A stretch of DNA of 64,000 nucleotides from Nitrosopumilus sp. Lineage in GTDB: Archaea; Thermoproteota; Nitrososphaeria; Nitrososphaerales; Nitrosopumilaceae. A model generated the notes under the pieces. It had not been told where the DNA came from, did not search any database, and saw only the letters and a program-made list of their open reading frames with translations. The stretch covers positions 672,001 through 736,000 of the forward strand of contig OZ241981.1 in the NCBI GenBank assembly GCA_965204345.1. Reading direction: 5' to 3'. The position numbers were made by a program, and so were the translations under genes. Below are positions 19,930 through 30,855 of this stretch, piece by piece (positions within the stretch are counted from its first letter, which is position 1; every line of letters begins with the position of its first letter).

Positions 19930-20041
19930 GTCCCAAACTCACTTTCTTTATTTTTGATTATCTTAGGTGACTTTATTGACGACAAGTTGTGAAGATGCGT
20001 TGTTTTATCAGGGTTAAATAGAAAAATCACGTACAGGTAAC

Positions 20042-20371
20042 ATGGTAAAACAGATTAGTCTTGATGCATGGCAGATGCAGCATCTATCAGACCTGTTAGA
20101 AAAGGGATCAGGCATTGTTGCAAAGACAAACAGGCCCATTGTTCTGTACAGACAGACATTAGAAGAAGAGGACGAGTCCTATGAGGAGATTGTATGCACG
20201 TTAACCCAAGGGTATGTAATTGAGCAGATGGTTGCATCCGGCGGGATTCTTGTTCCAAGCTTTCACCAGCAGTTTGTATTTACCATAAAAGAATACCCCC
20301 AAGAACTGTTGAGAAAAAGCAAGGACCGCTTTTTGGAAATAATTGATCTTCTTGAGGAGCAATTAAAATAA
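20042..20371 (+). CDS. Hypothetical protein in the core block
   Basis: 109-aa ORF with core-like composition. Confidence 0.7.
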   Translation: MVKQISLDAWQMQHLSDLLEKGSGIVAKTNRPIVLYRQTLEEEDESYEEIVCTLTQGYVIEQMVASGGILVPSFHQQFVFTIKEYPQELLRKSKDRFLEIIDLLEEQLK

Positions 20372-20411
20372 CATCATAATTAATAAAGACCGTAAAATTC
20401 ATCAGTTTTGC

Positions 20412-21518
20412 ATGCAACTATTAGAATTTCAGGCCAAGGAGCTGTTCAGGGAATACGGAATCAATCTGCTTGAGAGCAGGTCATCATGCAGTATCGAGGA
20501 AGGCAGAAGACATGCAAAAGAGTTGGGATATCCATTTATGATCAAGATTCAGGTGCCAGTAGGCGGAAGGGGAAAGGCAGGAGGCATCCAAAAGTGCCAA
20601 AACGACGACGAGTTTGAGATAAAGTACCCCCAAGTAATGGACTTGACAATAAAGGGTGAGAGAGCAAGGGCAATCCTGCTTGAAAAGATGGCAGATATCA
20701 AAAAAGAGCTGTATCTGTCGCTGTTTTTGAATCGCTCAAAGAGATGTTACACCGTTATTGCATCAGCAGAGGGCGGAGTTGAGATTGAATCAGTGAAAAA
20801 CCAGATTATTAGGGAGGTGGGACTCGGTAAAGTCTCAGATGAGCTGGCAGGAGAGATTGCAAAGGAGATTGGACTGGAAGGAGATACAGCAAAGCAGTTT
20901 GCAGATACGCTAAAAAAACTATCAGAACTTACAATTCAAAAGGAGGCAGAGTTGGTAGAGATTAACCCGCTTGCAATAATGCAGGATGACTCAGTTATGG
21001 CACTGGATGGAAAGTTTGTGACAGATGACAATAGTAATTTCAGACATGCAGAACTGCAAAAGTATCAGGAAAAGACAGCAATAGAGGAGCAGGCAGAAAA
21101 GAGCGGATTCTCACTGGTAGAGCTTGATGGGGACATTGCAGTTGTTGGAAACGGTGCAGGACTGGTAATGTCCACACTAGACATGCTATCAGACAACGGC
21201 GGAAAGCCTGCATGCTTTTTGGACATTGGTGGCGGCGCAACTACTGAATCAGTGTATGAGGCATTAACTTTGATTAGCAAGCTTGAGAGGGTAAGGGGAA
21301 TTTTGGTAAATCTTTATGGCGGCATTGTAAAGACTACGGTGGTTGCCGAGGCATTTCTAAAGGCATATGAGAATAATCTAATTGACCTGCCGGTATTTGC
21401 AAGACTAAAGGGTACAGAGTCAGAAAAGGCAAAAAATATGCTAGAGGGGTCTAGGACCAACATATTTGACTCAGTAGAGGAGGCAATTAACGCGGCAGTT
21501 ATGGGAATAAAAAAATGA
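20412..21518 (+). CDS. sucC: Succinyl-CoA synthetase beta subunit
   Basis: LLEFQAKELF, GGRGKAGG, EINPL, GNGAGL, FLDIGGG. Confidence 0.96.
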   Translation: MQLLEFQAKELFREYGINLLESRSSCSIEEGRRHAKELGYPFMIKIQVPVGGRGKAGGIQKCQNDDEFEIKYPQVMDLTIKGERARAILLEKMADIKKELYLSLFLNRSKRCYTVIASAEGGVEIESVKNQIIREVGLGKVSDELAGEIAKEIGLEGDTAKQFADTLKKLSELTIQKEAELVEINPLAIMQDDSVMALDGKFVTDDNSNFRHAELQKYQEKTAIEEQAEKSGFSLVELDGDIAVVGNGAGLVMSTLDMLSDNGGKPACFLDIGGGATTESVYEALTLISKLERVRGILVNLYGGIVKTTVVAEAFLKAYENNLIDLPVFARLKGTESEKAKNMLEGSRTNIFDSVEEAINAAVMGIKK

Positions 21519-22432
21519 CGGATATTTTTGAGCTACTAAGGGGAGACCCAAAAGATACTGATTACCAAAAAAAAGGGGTCATAGTGCAGGGAATTACAGG
21601 CGCATATGGCTCGCTGCACGCAAAACAGATGATGGCATATGGGACAAACGTGGTGGCAGGTGTCACGCCAGGCAAGGGAGGCCAAAAGTTTGAAGGTGTG
21701 GTTCCAGTGTACAATACCATGGGGGAGGCAGTGGATGCAACTGGTGCCAAGATATCAATCATATTTGTTCCAGCAAAGTTCTTTTTATCAGCTGCAAGGG
21801 ATGCCTTGGAATCTGGAATAAAGCTGCTTGTTGCCATTCCAGAGCATGTTCCAATCAGGGATACGATGGAGGCACTAGAGCTGGCAGGCCAAAAGGGTGC
21901 GGTAATCATCGGACCCAATACTCCCGGAGTCATGATACCAGAACTAATCAAGATTGGAATCATGCCCTCAATGCCATTTAAGGCAGGAAAGATTGCAGTC
22001 CTCTCAAAGAGCGGCACATTGCTATATGAAATCTCTGATGCCCTGACAAACTCTGGGTTTGGGCAGTCAATTACAATTGGTATCGGGGGAGACCCAATTA
22101 ACGGCACAAGACTGGTTGACGCATTTGAGATGGTCAAGGACATTCCGGACTTGGAGGGACTGGTGGTAGTAGGTGAGATAGGAGGGGATGCAGAAGAGAT
22201 TTTAGCTCAGAGAATCATTGATTGCGGATTTGACAGGCCGACTGTGGCATATATTGCCGGGCGTGCAGCACCAAAGGAAAAGAGGATGGGCCATGCAGGA
22301 GCAATCGTCATGGGAACATACGGCTCTGCTGAATCCAAGGTATCAATGTTTAACAAGGCAAACATTCCAGTGGCAAAGAGGCCTGCAGAAGTGCCGGTTC
22401 TGCTTGCAGGCAAGATGGAAAAATCCGATTAG
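21515..22432 (+). CDS. sucD: Succinyl-CoA synthetase alpha subunit
   Basis: VQGITG, GVTPGKGG, IGPNTPG, SKSGTL, GEIGG, MGHAGA. Confidence 0.96.
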   Translation: MTDIFELLRGDPKDTDYQKKGVIVQGITGAYGSLHAKQMMAYGTNVVAGVTPGKGGQKFEGVVPVYNTMGEAVDATGAKISIIFVPAKFFLSAARDALESGIKLLVAIPEHVPIRDTMEALELAGQKGAVIIGPNTPGVMIPELIKIGIMPSMPFKAGKIAVLSKSGTLLYEISDALTNSGFGQSITIGIGGDPINGTRLVDAFEMVKDIPDLEGLVVVGEIGGDAEEILAQRIIDCGFDRPTVAYIAGRAAPKEKRMGHAGAIVMGTYGSAESKVSMFNKANIPVAKRPAEVPVLLAGKMEKSD

Positions 22433-22463
22433 ATTAAAAGAGAGAGATAAGATACACAATCAA

Positions 22464-22631
22464 ATGCCGGTTACAGACCCTGAAAAGAAGAGAATTGCAC
22501 AGCAGGCACGTCTCGTAATGAGAATCTGCTTTAAGTGCGGGGCAAGAAACGATATTGGCGCTACGCGGTGCAGAAAATGCAGAAACCCGTACCTGAGACT
22601 AAAGAACAGAAATCTCGGCGTTAAAAAGTAG
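22464..22631 (+). CDS. rpl40e: 50S ribosomal protein L40e
   Basis: MPVTDPEKKRIAQQARLVMRICFKCGARNDIGATRCRKCRNPYLRLKNRNLGVKK. Confidence 0.95.
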   Translation: MPVTDPEKKRIAQQARLVMRICFKCGARNDIGATRCRKCRNPYLRLKNRNLGVKK

Positions 22632-22760
22632 GACCAGATATCACTAGTCTTTGCATGTAACTTGTAATTGCAGATTTTAGTTTGCTGTAATGTATACAAG
22701 TGATTTTGCATTATCATGACTTTGGTTCGTTAAAAGGCAGCTGCAAATATCAGACTTGGC
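22596..22760 (+). repeat. Direct repeat copy A (rpl40e 3' end + degenerate 3' end of the convergent gene)
   Basis: 28-bp identical core AGAACAGAAATCTCGGCGTTAAAAAGTA at 22603-22630 and 23626-23653, followed by diverged homology. Confidence 0.8.
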
Positions 22761-23019
22761 ATGTTATCTTAACCTCTTTAGTGCAGCAATTTTTTTTGGC
22801 TTGTCTGCCAAGACACAGAAACTTGCAATTATCAAAAGTAGACAAAGACACGATTACTAATTTAAAACTCGTCGAGCCCATCCGTTCTCAAATCTTGGAT
22901 TTTGTTCTTTAATCACGCCATTGATCATAAATAAAAATTCAAACACAGCAAAAAAGACGAATCAAAATCAGGACTGGATCATGCCTGAAATTCCCATCAA
23001 GTATTTTTTTAAAAATCTG

Positions 23020-23469
23020 TTATCTGCTAAAATCTGATTTTAATTTCTTTAACAATCTCCTAATTACAGAGGATCTATACAGTAAAATTCCTCCAACAGA
23101 CAATTCAACAATGGATATCATTGACGATAAAATTAACTGATCCCAAATATATGGTTGGTCATAGTCAGTTAGAGACAGCATTGTTGATAAAGATGCTAGA
23201 GATGAAAGTAGATTGAGAATGCCAAGATATAGCAATGATCCTGCCAATGCCAGGATAAAATAAGGCCTTTTAGGAATATTTTTTCTCTTTAGAATAAAAA
23301 AAGGCACTGAAAATAATAACAATACGGTAAAACCCAATGAATATCCTGCAGATATCACATCACCGATGATGCTGATTGCCAGCTGTTCCATTCTGTCTGG
23401 CGTTCCAGTCCATGAACCAATGCCATCTTCAGTATCCCATACATGTGAACTAGCTAATGTATCAGTCAT
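23020..23469 (-). CDS. Three-TM hypothetical membrane protein
   Basis: Three hydrophobic segments; AT-rich; lies between the two direct repeats. Confidence 0.6.
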   Translation of the reverse strand: MTDTLASSHVWDTEDGIGSWTGTPDRMEQLAISIIGDVISAGYSLGFTVLLLFSVPFFILKRKNIPKRPYFILALAGSLLYLGILNLLSSLASLSTMLSLTDYDQPYIWDQLILSSMISIVELSVGGILLYRSSVIRRLLKKLKSDFSR

Positions 23470-23618
23470 CCAAGGAACCTGTACAAGAAAGAACTAATGA
23501 TTATCAAAAATCCAATTTTCATTTTCTCATGTATCTCATGCTGGGGTATGTTGTTTCCTACAAATGACAAGACCTGCAATTGTAATGATTCAGGCAAGGA
23601 CCAAACAAGTGATACTTT

Positions 23619-23795
23619 AGACTGGAGAACAGAAATCTCGGCGTTAAAAAGTAAGACTAGATATCCATCAATCTTTGCCTGTAACTTGTAATTGCAGATT
23701 TTAGTTCATTGTGATACTGCAATACAAATGATTTTGCAGCATCAGGACTGTCCAGTTCCTCAAAAGATAATTGCAAGTCATCAGGCAGCTGCTCA
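23619..23795 (+). repeat. Direct repeat copy B
   Basis: See 22596-22760. Confidence 0.8.
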
Positions 23796-23905
23796 TTCAT
23801 TTGAAACAGCATCTTGGCAGCCTCTGCATATTGCCCTAAATTATCAGCATACTCAAAAGCTAGCTTCATTCGATCAATTAGGATGTCAAACTCTTGCAAA
23901 GACAT
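23657..23905 (-). CDS. Small hypothetical protein
   Basis: 82-aa helical ORF; its 3' end is what is degenerately duplicated at ~22635-22760. Confidence 0.7.
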   Translation of the reverse strand: MSLQEFDILIDRMKLAFEYADNLGQYAEAAKMLFQMNEQLPDDLQLSFEELDSPDAAKSFVLQYHNELKSAITSYRQRLMDI

Positions 23906-23999
23906 GAAGATAGTCTTTTGGCATTAGTAGAAAAGACATGGGTAATTGTGATATAACTAGACGCAAAGACAAAAAAACTCCTCTTTTGGTAATCTTGTT

Positions 24000-24095
24000 G
24001 GACCGGTCGTCTAGTTTGGTTTGGATGACGCACTCACACTGCGTAAGAGATGTATTTCTCCGCAAGGGTCGTGGGTTCAAATCCCATCCGGTCCA
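24000..24095 (+). tRNA. tRNA-Val(CAC) with a 21-nt intron at position 44/45 (24046-24066)
   Basis: Acceptor GGACCGG/CCGGTCC-A; anticodon arm ACGCA-CT CAC AC-TGCGT; T arm GTGGG-TTCAAAT-CCCAT. The insert forms a BHB: AC-TGCG-[TAA]-GAGA / TCTC-CGCA-[AGG]-GT. Confidence 0.93.
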
Positions 24096-24250
24096 CCTCC
24101 TATAAAGAATGGACCCCTAAATTTTAGATCTCAGTATTTTTAGGCTAAATTTTGCCCAATTAACAGATACCTTTTTGATCCCATATCTACAAGTAATGAA
24201 CCACTTGTTCCTTTTATGCAAATCGACATCTTCCGTAGGAGAAAGAAAAA

Positions 24251-24514
24251 TTGCAGATAGTAAAGCAAACCCGTGACAAACCAACCAAGAGTGGACATAA
24301 AAAATTGCTTGCAGAACCAGACATTAGAAGAAGGTACCAAAACATTGCAAGAGAAAGTACCATGACAGCAGATGTTAGACTGCGTAGATTTGGGGTTTAT
24401 TGTGAGAGAGCAGATACAACTTCAAAAGAGTTTGTACAAACAGGAATTGATAATCTCAAAAATGCAGACGACGTCTTGCAGAATTTGCTGTCCAAATTTT
24501 TCTACTTGAATTAA
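24251..24514 (+). pseudogene. N-terminal remnant of an archaeal tyrosine integrase
   Basis: LLAEPDIRRRYQNIARESTMTADVRLRRFGVYCE resembles the N-terminus of archaeal site-specific integrases. It lies ~150 bp downstream of a tRNA; no catalytic domain remains. Confidence 0.65.
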
Positions 24515-24704
24515 TCAAGTTATACCCAATCACAACAAATACCAAATAATGCCAACTTGAAATTACAAGAATTTTGATTTGACAGTATAGTACAAAATGT
24601 ACATGAGATGAAATAATCAAGTTGAAAAATGGAATGAATACTTTATAGGAATGAAAATTATTTAAAAAAATTTGAAATGTACCATACCCTCAAAAAAAAT
24701 TTCT

Positions 24705-25592
24705 TTACAAGTATTGCTTGTTTTCTTTGATATAATATTTCATGAACCATTTCAGAAAGTGTATCTCATCATGATTTAATTGTGATTTCTCTAATGATTT
24801 GAAATAGGGCCTTCTGTCTGCATTTTTTATCATCAATAAAGGATAATTGTATTTCAACAAAATATAGTTCATGATGAGTCGTGAAATTCTGCCATTTCCA
24901 TCTCCAAAGGGATGTATCGATACAAACTTGTAGTGTGCCATGCATGCAAAATCTACGACATTTTTCTCTGCATCATATTGACAAAGCCAGTCAAAAAATT
25001 CTGTTAATTTTTTTGAAATTTCTGGAACGGGTGCAAAGTCTATTTTCTCATTAGTGATGATTCCCACCCTGTATGATCTAATATATCCTGCTTCTCCTAT
25101 CTTTGTCTGATCAAAGATTTCTCTGTGCCATTGAAGCACAATTTTTTTTGTAAGCTTTGGTTTTTTTTCGGATGTTACTAGTTTCATGAATAATTGATAG
25201 TGTTTTTTTGTCTCTATGGTATCAATCTCGGATTTCTTTGCTGAGGTCACGCCAAATACAAGCAGGTCTTTTGTGTCTGTTTTTGTGAGGCTGGAGCCTT
25301 CAATTTTTTGAGTATTGTAAGTAAATGAGATTCCAAAACTCTCAAAATTTTTCAATTGGATCGATTTTGGTATTTTTTTTATCTCTTTTTGGTATTTTTT
25401 GCCAATTGACTGTATCTTTTCATCCCAGTCCTCACAGTAAAATTGTTTTAGAAAGTCTTTTTTGAGAGACTCTATATTTTTTGGAATGATCTTACCTAGA
25501 TATTTTCTCTTTTCTTTTCCCTGTATGTGGTGTTTAAGATAGTAAAACCCCCTTTCTTTTACTATACTCACCATAAATATAATACATATCAT
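24705..25592 (-). CDS. Fic family protein
   Basis: Canonical HPFGDGNGRISR; FTYNTQKIEGSSL. Confidence 0.93.
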   Translation of the reverse strand: MICIIFMVSIVKERGFYYLKHHIQGKEKRKYLGKIIPKNIESLKKDFLKQFYCEDWDEKIQSIGKKYQKEIKKIPKSIQLKNFESFGISFTYNTQKIEGSSLTKTDTKDLLVFGVTSAKKSEIDTIETKKHYQLFMKLVTSEKKPKLTKKIVLQWHREIFDQTKIGEAGYIRSYRVGIITNEKIDFAPVPEISKKLTEFFDWLCQYDAEKNVVDFACMAHYKFVSIHPFGDGNGRISRLIMNYILLKYNYPLLMIKNADRRPYFKSLEKSQLNHDEIHFLKWFMKYYIKENKQYL

Positions 25593-26459
25593 AAATAATA
25601 AAAAAGTTTAGAATTATTGATAATATGATATGTAATAAATTTATGATTGTTTGCCTAATGTTGTTTAGTTTTACTTAGATATTTTTCTGAATTGCATTTT
25701 AGTAAAATTCAAACAGGAGGGATTTTTGATTTTATACTAGAGATATGAAAGAGAAACTTAGAGTTGTAACTTGAGGTTAAATGTAAAAACTGCTTTAATG
25801 CAATTCCAAAGAAGAAATCATCTCACATAGCCAAAAAGAATGCAAAATATGTCATAAATGAAATGAAGTGGCAAGATGATGATCTTGACTTTGATGAGGT
25901 ATCAAAAAGGATAGCAGAGTGGAGCATGAAAAATGAAAGACCGTTAATCCAAAGAAAAAGAAACGACAGAGTATCATTCAAACAGAAACATGATTGAGTA
26001 TTGGGTAGTCTGTTCATCAATGTGGGATGTATGCAGAGTTGCTCAGATTGATTGGAGAAACAATCAAATCTAAATCAATAAAACGCAACAAAAATTCTTT
26101 TGGCTTTGAGGTAATACAACATGCTACAGCATAGATTTAAAAAAGAATTATTTACAATCTAAAAACAAGCCAAAGAATAATTATTAAAAATATATTTTGT
26201 TGTAAACCATTCAAATGCTGCTAGATTATTAATTGAAAAATTTCTTTTAATAATTCAGTAATTTATTTAAAGTTAAAACATATTTTTGATAAAATAATTG
26301 CAAGTTGAAGTATTGAAATTCATCAAACCTCTTAACATTCTATTTATGATTCTATAGTGTTGTTTGAGACATCAAAAATTTCTTCTATGTTATTCATAAT
26401 TTCATATGATATTTTTCTTCAATAAATCTATGTTGTCATTTTAATGATAATTTGAGGTT

Positions 26460-27504
26460 TTAATCGCATAAACAAATTTTACATTTTGATGATAATTTAG
26501 TTTTAATTTTAATTGGGGTAGAGTATATCTTCAATATTTTTTCTGTACTTTCTTTTTTATTGAGAATTTTGTATACTAAATTTTGTAATTGTGTTCTTGA
26601 AATATTATACATAAGACCCCGTGCTCCGACATAATGACAATTTAAAGATGCTAAACATTGTCCTAAACGTAGTGCCTTTTGTAATTTTTTATCTGTAATC
26701 TTCGCTTTTGCCCCCTTTTGACCTAATTCATGAATTAATCCTGCTGTGAGCCAGTCTCCTGAACCTGCCGCATCTACCAGGCTCTACTGAGAAAGCAGGT
26801 AATTCAGTCCATATGGTTTGTCCTAATATGTTGGCTCTATATCTTAATCCTTTTTCTCCCATAGTATGAATTTCAAGTGGAATTTTCATATTTAGGGAAT
26901 TGTTGTTAGATTTTAAATCATAACAATGCTTTACAATATCTGCAATTTCAAGACAATTTTTGAAATTTTTATCATCTAGCAATCGTGGAGGCTCAAAAAT
27001 AACCAATGCTCCTTTTTCTTTTTGTCGCTTTGCTAACAATAATGAGCTTGGGGTTGCTCTATCCATGTAGTAGACTTTAGATGCAGGAATCTGATCTTCG
27101 ATTTGCTTTAGTGAATCTAAAAGAAATGATTTTCTATCTAAAAGCCATTTTACATGTAAACACTTTAATGAAAAACTATGTCTTGGATTTTTTCCAGAAT
27201 ACGCTTTTTCAATAATTCTTGGTGATGATATTTTTGGATCTTTTTCTACAAATTTTGTTTTAACTCCCCATTTTTTCATATCTTCAATTATTCTATCCCC
27301 TTCCACATCTTTTCCTAATCGAGATACAGGTAATGAATTCCATCCTAAATATGATAAAATTGTTAAAACATTACAACAAGAACCTCCTGCTAGAAACTTT
27401 GGATTGTTTGGATCTCCATTGAAAATTACATCCAATGCAACTAATCCGGCACCTGTACAAACTGGTTTTTTTGAACTCTGTATTTTTGATATGCTATTCA
27501 TCAT
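26460..27504 (-). pseudogene. PfkB-family carbohydrate kinase, frameshift near 26785
   Basis: GAGLVALD, AGGSCCNV, TMGEKG. The PfkB signature LVDAAGSGDWLTAG continues in another frame to ...CKICLCD* at 26460. Confidence 0.8.
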
Positions 27505-27628
27505 AACATCCTCCTGTCAATCACATAGTACATTCTTGTATAGAATTATGATGTTTAATTCATGCTGTTTTTAGTTAAATTATTGTACATTTTGTAAATT
27601 CAATAATTCCTTATTTGGAACTTTTTAC

Positions 27629-28137
27629 TCTATTGTACGAAAATTATGTCCGCCTAAGCTCAAGTTTGAGGCAAGGGATTATTATCGCATATATCGATCA
27701 CAAATAATGAAGAGAACCAGACTGGAAAGAACCAGACTGGAAAGAACCATACCAGATACATCATACGGCAGCGTCAGAAGGGCACGGGTGCAACAGCAGT
27801 TCTGGCCCAGACCATGCAGGTCAGCGCAAGGCACATCAGACGCATATTGGTGACCTACCGCAAGACCGGAACAATACACCCCCACCGCCCGCAGACCAAT
27901 GGCAAGATTGAGAGATTCTTGAAGACACTTGAGGGTGAGCTTGTACACTTTAAGACGATCTGAGAGTTCATGGATTTACAACGAGGATAGGCTGCATTTT
28001 TCTCTGGACATAGAGAACTGCCAATACTCTTGATGGCATTTAAGGCCAAAAAGGTTCCTGATGCAATCAAAAAAAGCAACCAAAAATGGATGGAGGCAGA
28101 CATGAATGACTAGCAGACATGATTTTCATATAATACA
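27629..28137 (+). mobile_element. Internally deleted IS481-like element
   Basis: Imperfect 26-bp TIRs (TCTATTGTACGAAAATTATGTCCGCC versus the reverse complement of AGCAGACATGATTTTCATATAATACA). HTH fragment RYIIRQRQKG...TMQVSARHIRRI. Higher GC than flanks. Left part repeated at 41485. Confidence 0.7.
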
Positions 28138-28223
28138 AGAGTGTAATTGCTCCTTACCATACTTTAAGAGTATTTCAACAAGTAGATTTTTTAACCAAAT
28201 TCATATTTTCAGAGGGATAAATA

Positions 28224-29062
28224 ATGATGAAAACAGAATTAAGATCTAAATTAGACCAGATTAAAGATAAAGTTGGAAAACCATATTTTAGTTCAGGTAA
28301 CGTACTGCTCTACAAAATGGATTGTACAGAGTTCATGGAATCCTTGAATTCAAATATTATTGATCTTACCATTACATCACCTCCATATAACATTGGAAAA
28401 GAATATGAAAAAACTGTTAAAAATGAAGATTATTTAGAATGGTGTGAAAAATGGCTGAATCAAATTTATCAATCTACATCTCAGTTTGGAAGTTTTTGGT
28501 TGAATTTGGGATATTTTGAGTTCCTGAAAAAGGAAAATGCGTTCCAATATCATATTTACTTTGGGATAAATCTCCTTTTTATTTTCTGCAGGAAATCGTC
28601 TGGAGTTATGGTGCAGGCGTTGCGACAAAAAAATATTATTCGCCTAGAAATGAGAAATACTTGTGGTACGTAAAAAATCCCAATAGATATATTTTCAATT
28701 TAGATGATGTACGAGACAAAAATGTCAAATATCCAAATCAGAAGAAGAATGGAAAACTAAAATGTAATCCACTCGGAAAAAATCCAAGCAATGTTTGGAA
28801 CATTCCTAAAGTTACATCAGGAAGAAATCGTTCTTCAGCAGAAAGAGTGGATCATCCTGCACAATTCCCAATTGCAATTCTAGACAGAATTATCAAGGCA
28901 TCTAGCAATAGGGATGACTTGATCTTTGATCCTTTTATAGGCTCAGGAAGTGTTGCAGTTTCTGCAATTCAAAATGACAGAATGGTAGTTGGTTGTGAAA
29001 TTAATGAAAAATACCTAGAAATTGCAAAAGATAGAATCAGAGAATTTCTAAAGTTCAAGTAG
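28224..29062 (+). pseudogene. Beta-class amino (probably N4-cytosine) DNA methyltransferase, frameshift at ~28520
   Basis: ITSPPYNIGKEYE (motif IV) in 28224..28673; HPAQFP and DPFIGSGS (motif I) in 28661..29062. One missing base joins them (…YFE/VPEKGKCVPISYLLW…). Confidence 0.85.
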
Positions 29063-29628
29063 TTTCAAAGTTTCAGCCTCTGAAGACAAATTTGCTTTCT
29101 GGCCTGTAGCTTTGCTTTGACCCCTCCAGTCAGCATGATCCAACCAACCAAACCGAATCTTTATAATTTTAGGTTTTGTATTTTTCTTTATAGGCTGATT
29201 ATTTATTGCCAAATAATAACCAGATTTTTTCTTTTTTACATTAGAACTTGCTTGTGCGTAACTTCTATTTCCAAAAATTTTATTTGGATTAGAGGATGTT
29301 TTTATTTCTATAGAAAAAGTCTCATCAGTTAAACAAACCAGATCTTTATCTGAAGATGTTTTTTCACTCTGCCATAGTTTAGGATATTTTTTTTCAAAAT
29401 GCAATGAAATTAATTTTTGAAGAAGAAATCCAAGCATTTGTTGGCTAGGAAAGATATCTTCTCCTATTTGTAATTGGGTATACTAGTTTTTAGTATGGAA
29501 TTCCAAGATTCCAAAATCACTTTTTTTAATTCGTCTGTGGAAACAGGATGTTTTTTGATAAGATTTTTGATAATTTCTTCCCATTTATCTGAATTTTTGT
29601 TTGTATATGGGGAAAACTCAATAGTCAT
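29048..29628 (-). pseudogene. ScaI-family type II restriction endonuclease with two frameshifts
   Basis: SPYTNKNSDKWEEIIKNLIKKHP / VILESWNSI / LQIGEDIFPSQQMLGFLL...DKDLV...SIEIKTSS...IFGNRSYAQ...SGYYLAIN...IRFGWLDHADWRGQ; converges on the MTase. Confidence 0.75.
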
Positions 29629-30030
29629 ATACTAATCTCTTCTAGTCGTTTTTGAGATGCTAGATGTCATTTTTTTATTGAAACGCTCATATTTTTTTGA
29701 ATTAGAAGAGCTGCAAAACTAGATGTAAAAATTGAATTGTGAATTAGTTAAGATCTCCTGTCGTAACAATTCTAAAAGAATACAGGATTAACCGTACAAA
29801 AAAGGACACACTGCAGCAGATAAAGACATTCCTTTTGGCAACAAACATCATTTCTAATAACATACGATAACTTTTGGAATAATCATAAAAAAAAGAGACG
29901 TCATGTATCCTCAGGGCAGGTTTGGATTTTATTAATTAAATTCATGCAATGCTTGCAATATTTTAAATTCGATCATATTATTGTCAAATTTTTGAGATGA
30001 AAAACACAATGTACATCATGTAATCTTTGA

Positions 30031-30855
30031 TTATCTGACTAGTATGTTTCTACGTGACCTTCTTCTAATTACAATTAATATCGTAATAACCGGCATTAAA
30101 GCCATCACTAAAACCAGGATTCCTATTGAGACATAGTCATTTACAAATAATTTTGTATCAAGCCATGCCTTTGGTAAGATTGTAAGGAGATCACCGCCAG
30201 AAAAATCCTCAATGGTTCCAATTGCCAGGCTATACTTGCCTCCCTGGTTTTTTTCATCCATTACAATGATGAAATATTTTCCATCAGCAGGAATTTGACT
30301 TTTAACCTCTTGTCTTTCCCAGTATGTTACCTGACCAAAGGGCTCATAGAATTCATTTCCCGGAAAGTTTCCCTCATACAGAAATTTTTCAGTATTTGGT
30401 TTTTCAGTCAAGTCAGACTTGTTGCTTTCAAATATTTCAGAATTCATTAGAACCAGTGATGGGGAATATTCCTCCAATCCTCCAATCTTTGGAACTACAA
30501 TGCTTGCATAAAACGAGTCTCCCTGCTTTGCATCAAATGAGTAAAATTTGGCCTCGTTTGGTCCCAAATTCTCATAAATTGCCCATGAAATCTTGTGATC
30601 AGGGATTTGTAATGCAGAATCATAGCTTGTATGCGTGTTATCATGATTGATTAATTTGTGCCCATATGCCGGACTAGTTGAAACAACTGCAAGGATAAAA
30701 AACATGATCATAATTTTTTTCACAGTTTTCTTACTTGGAATCAGTATTTTAACTCCAAGAAAAATTTCCCAGTTAGCACTAGTCTGAATGCCATCATAAC
30801 ATATGTGAAAAATTTGCAGCTGCCACAAAAATATGGTTTTGTTACAAAAATGCAA
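30031..30855 (-). CDS. Secreted/membrane-anchored hypothetical protein (true start probably ~30710)
   Basis: Signal-like MIMFFILAVVSTSPAYGH, FYEPFGQ motif, C-terminal TM. Confidence 0.7.
   Translation of the reverse strand: MHFCNKTIFLWQLQIFHICYDGIQTSANWEIFLGVKILIPSKKTVKKIMIMFFILAVVSTSPAYGHKLINHDNTHTSYDSALQIPDHKISWAIYENLGPNEAKFYSFDAKQGDSFYASIVVPKIGGLEEYSPSLVLMNSEIFESNKSDLTEKPNTEKFLYEGNFPGNEFYEPFGQVTYWERQEVKSQIPADGKYFIIVMDEKNQGGKYSLAIGTIEDFSGGDLLTILPKAWLDTKLFVNDYVSIGILVLVMALMPVITILIVIRRRSRRNILVR

Noticed and set aside
22218-22631. 137-aa extended L40e
   Set aside because: The extension overlaps sucD in another frame; the ATG at 22464 gives the normal-sized protein.
12022-22717. Numerous antisense or overlapping ORFs within purN, purD, ileS, dps and sucCD
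   Set aside because: Shadow ORFs of well-supported genes, with no motifs.
24045-24070. Long variable arm (class II tRNA)
   Set aside because: Val tRNAs have short variable loops, and the extra 21 nt form an exact BHB splice motif.
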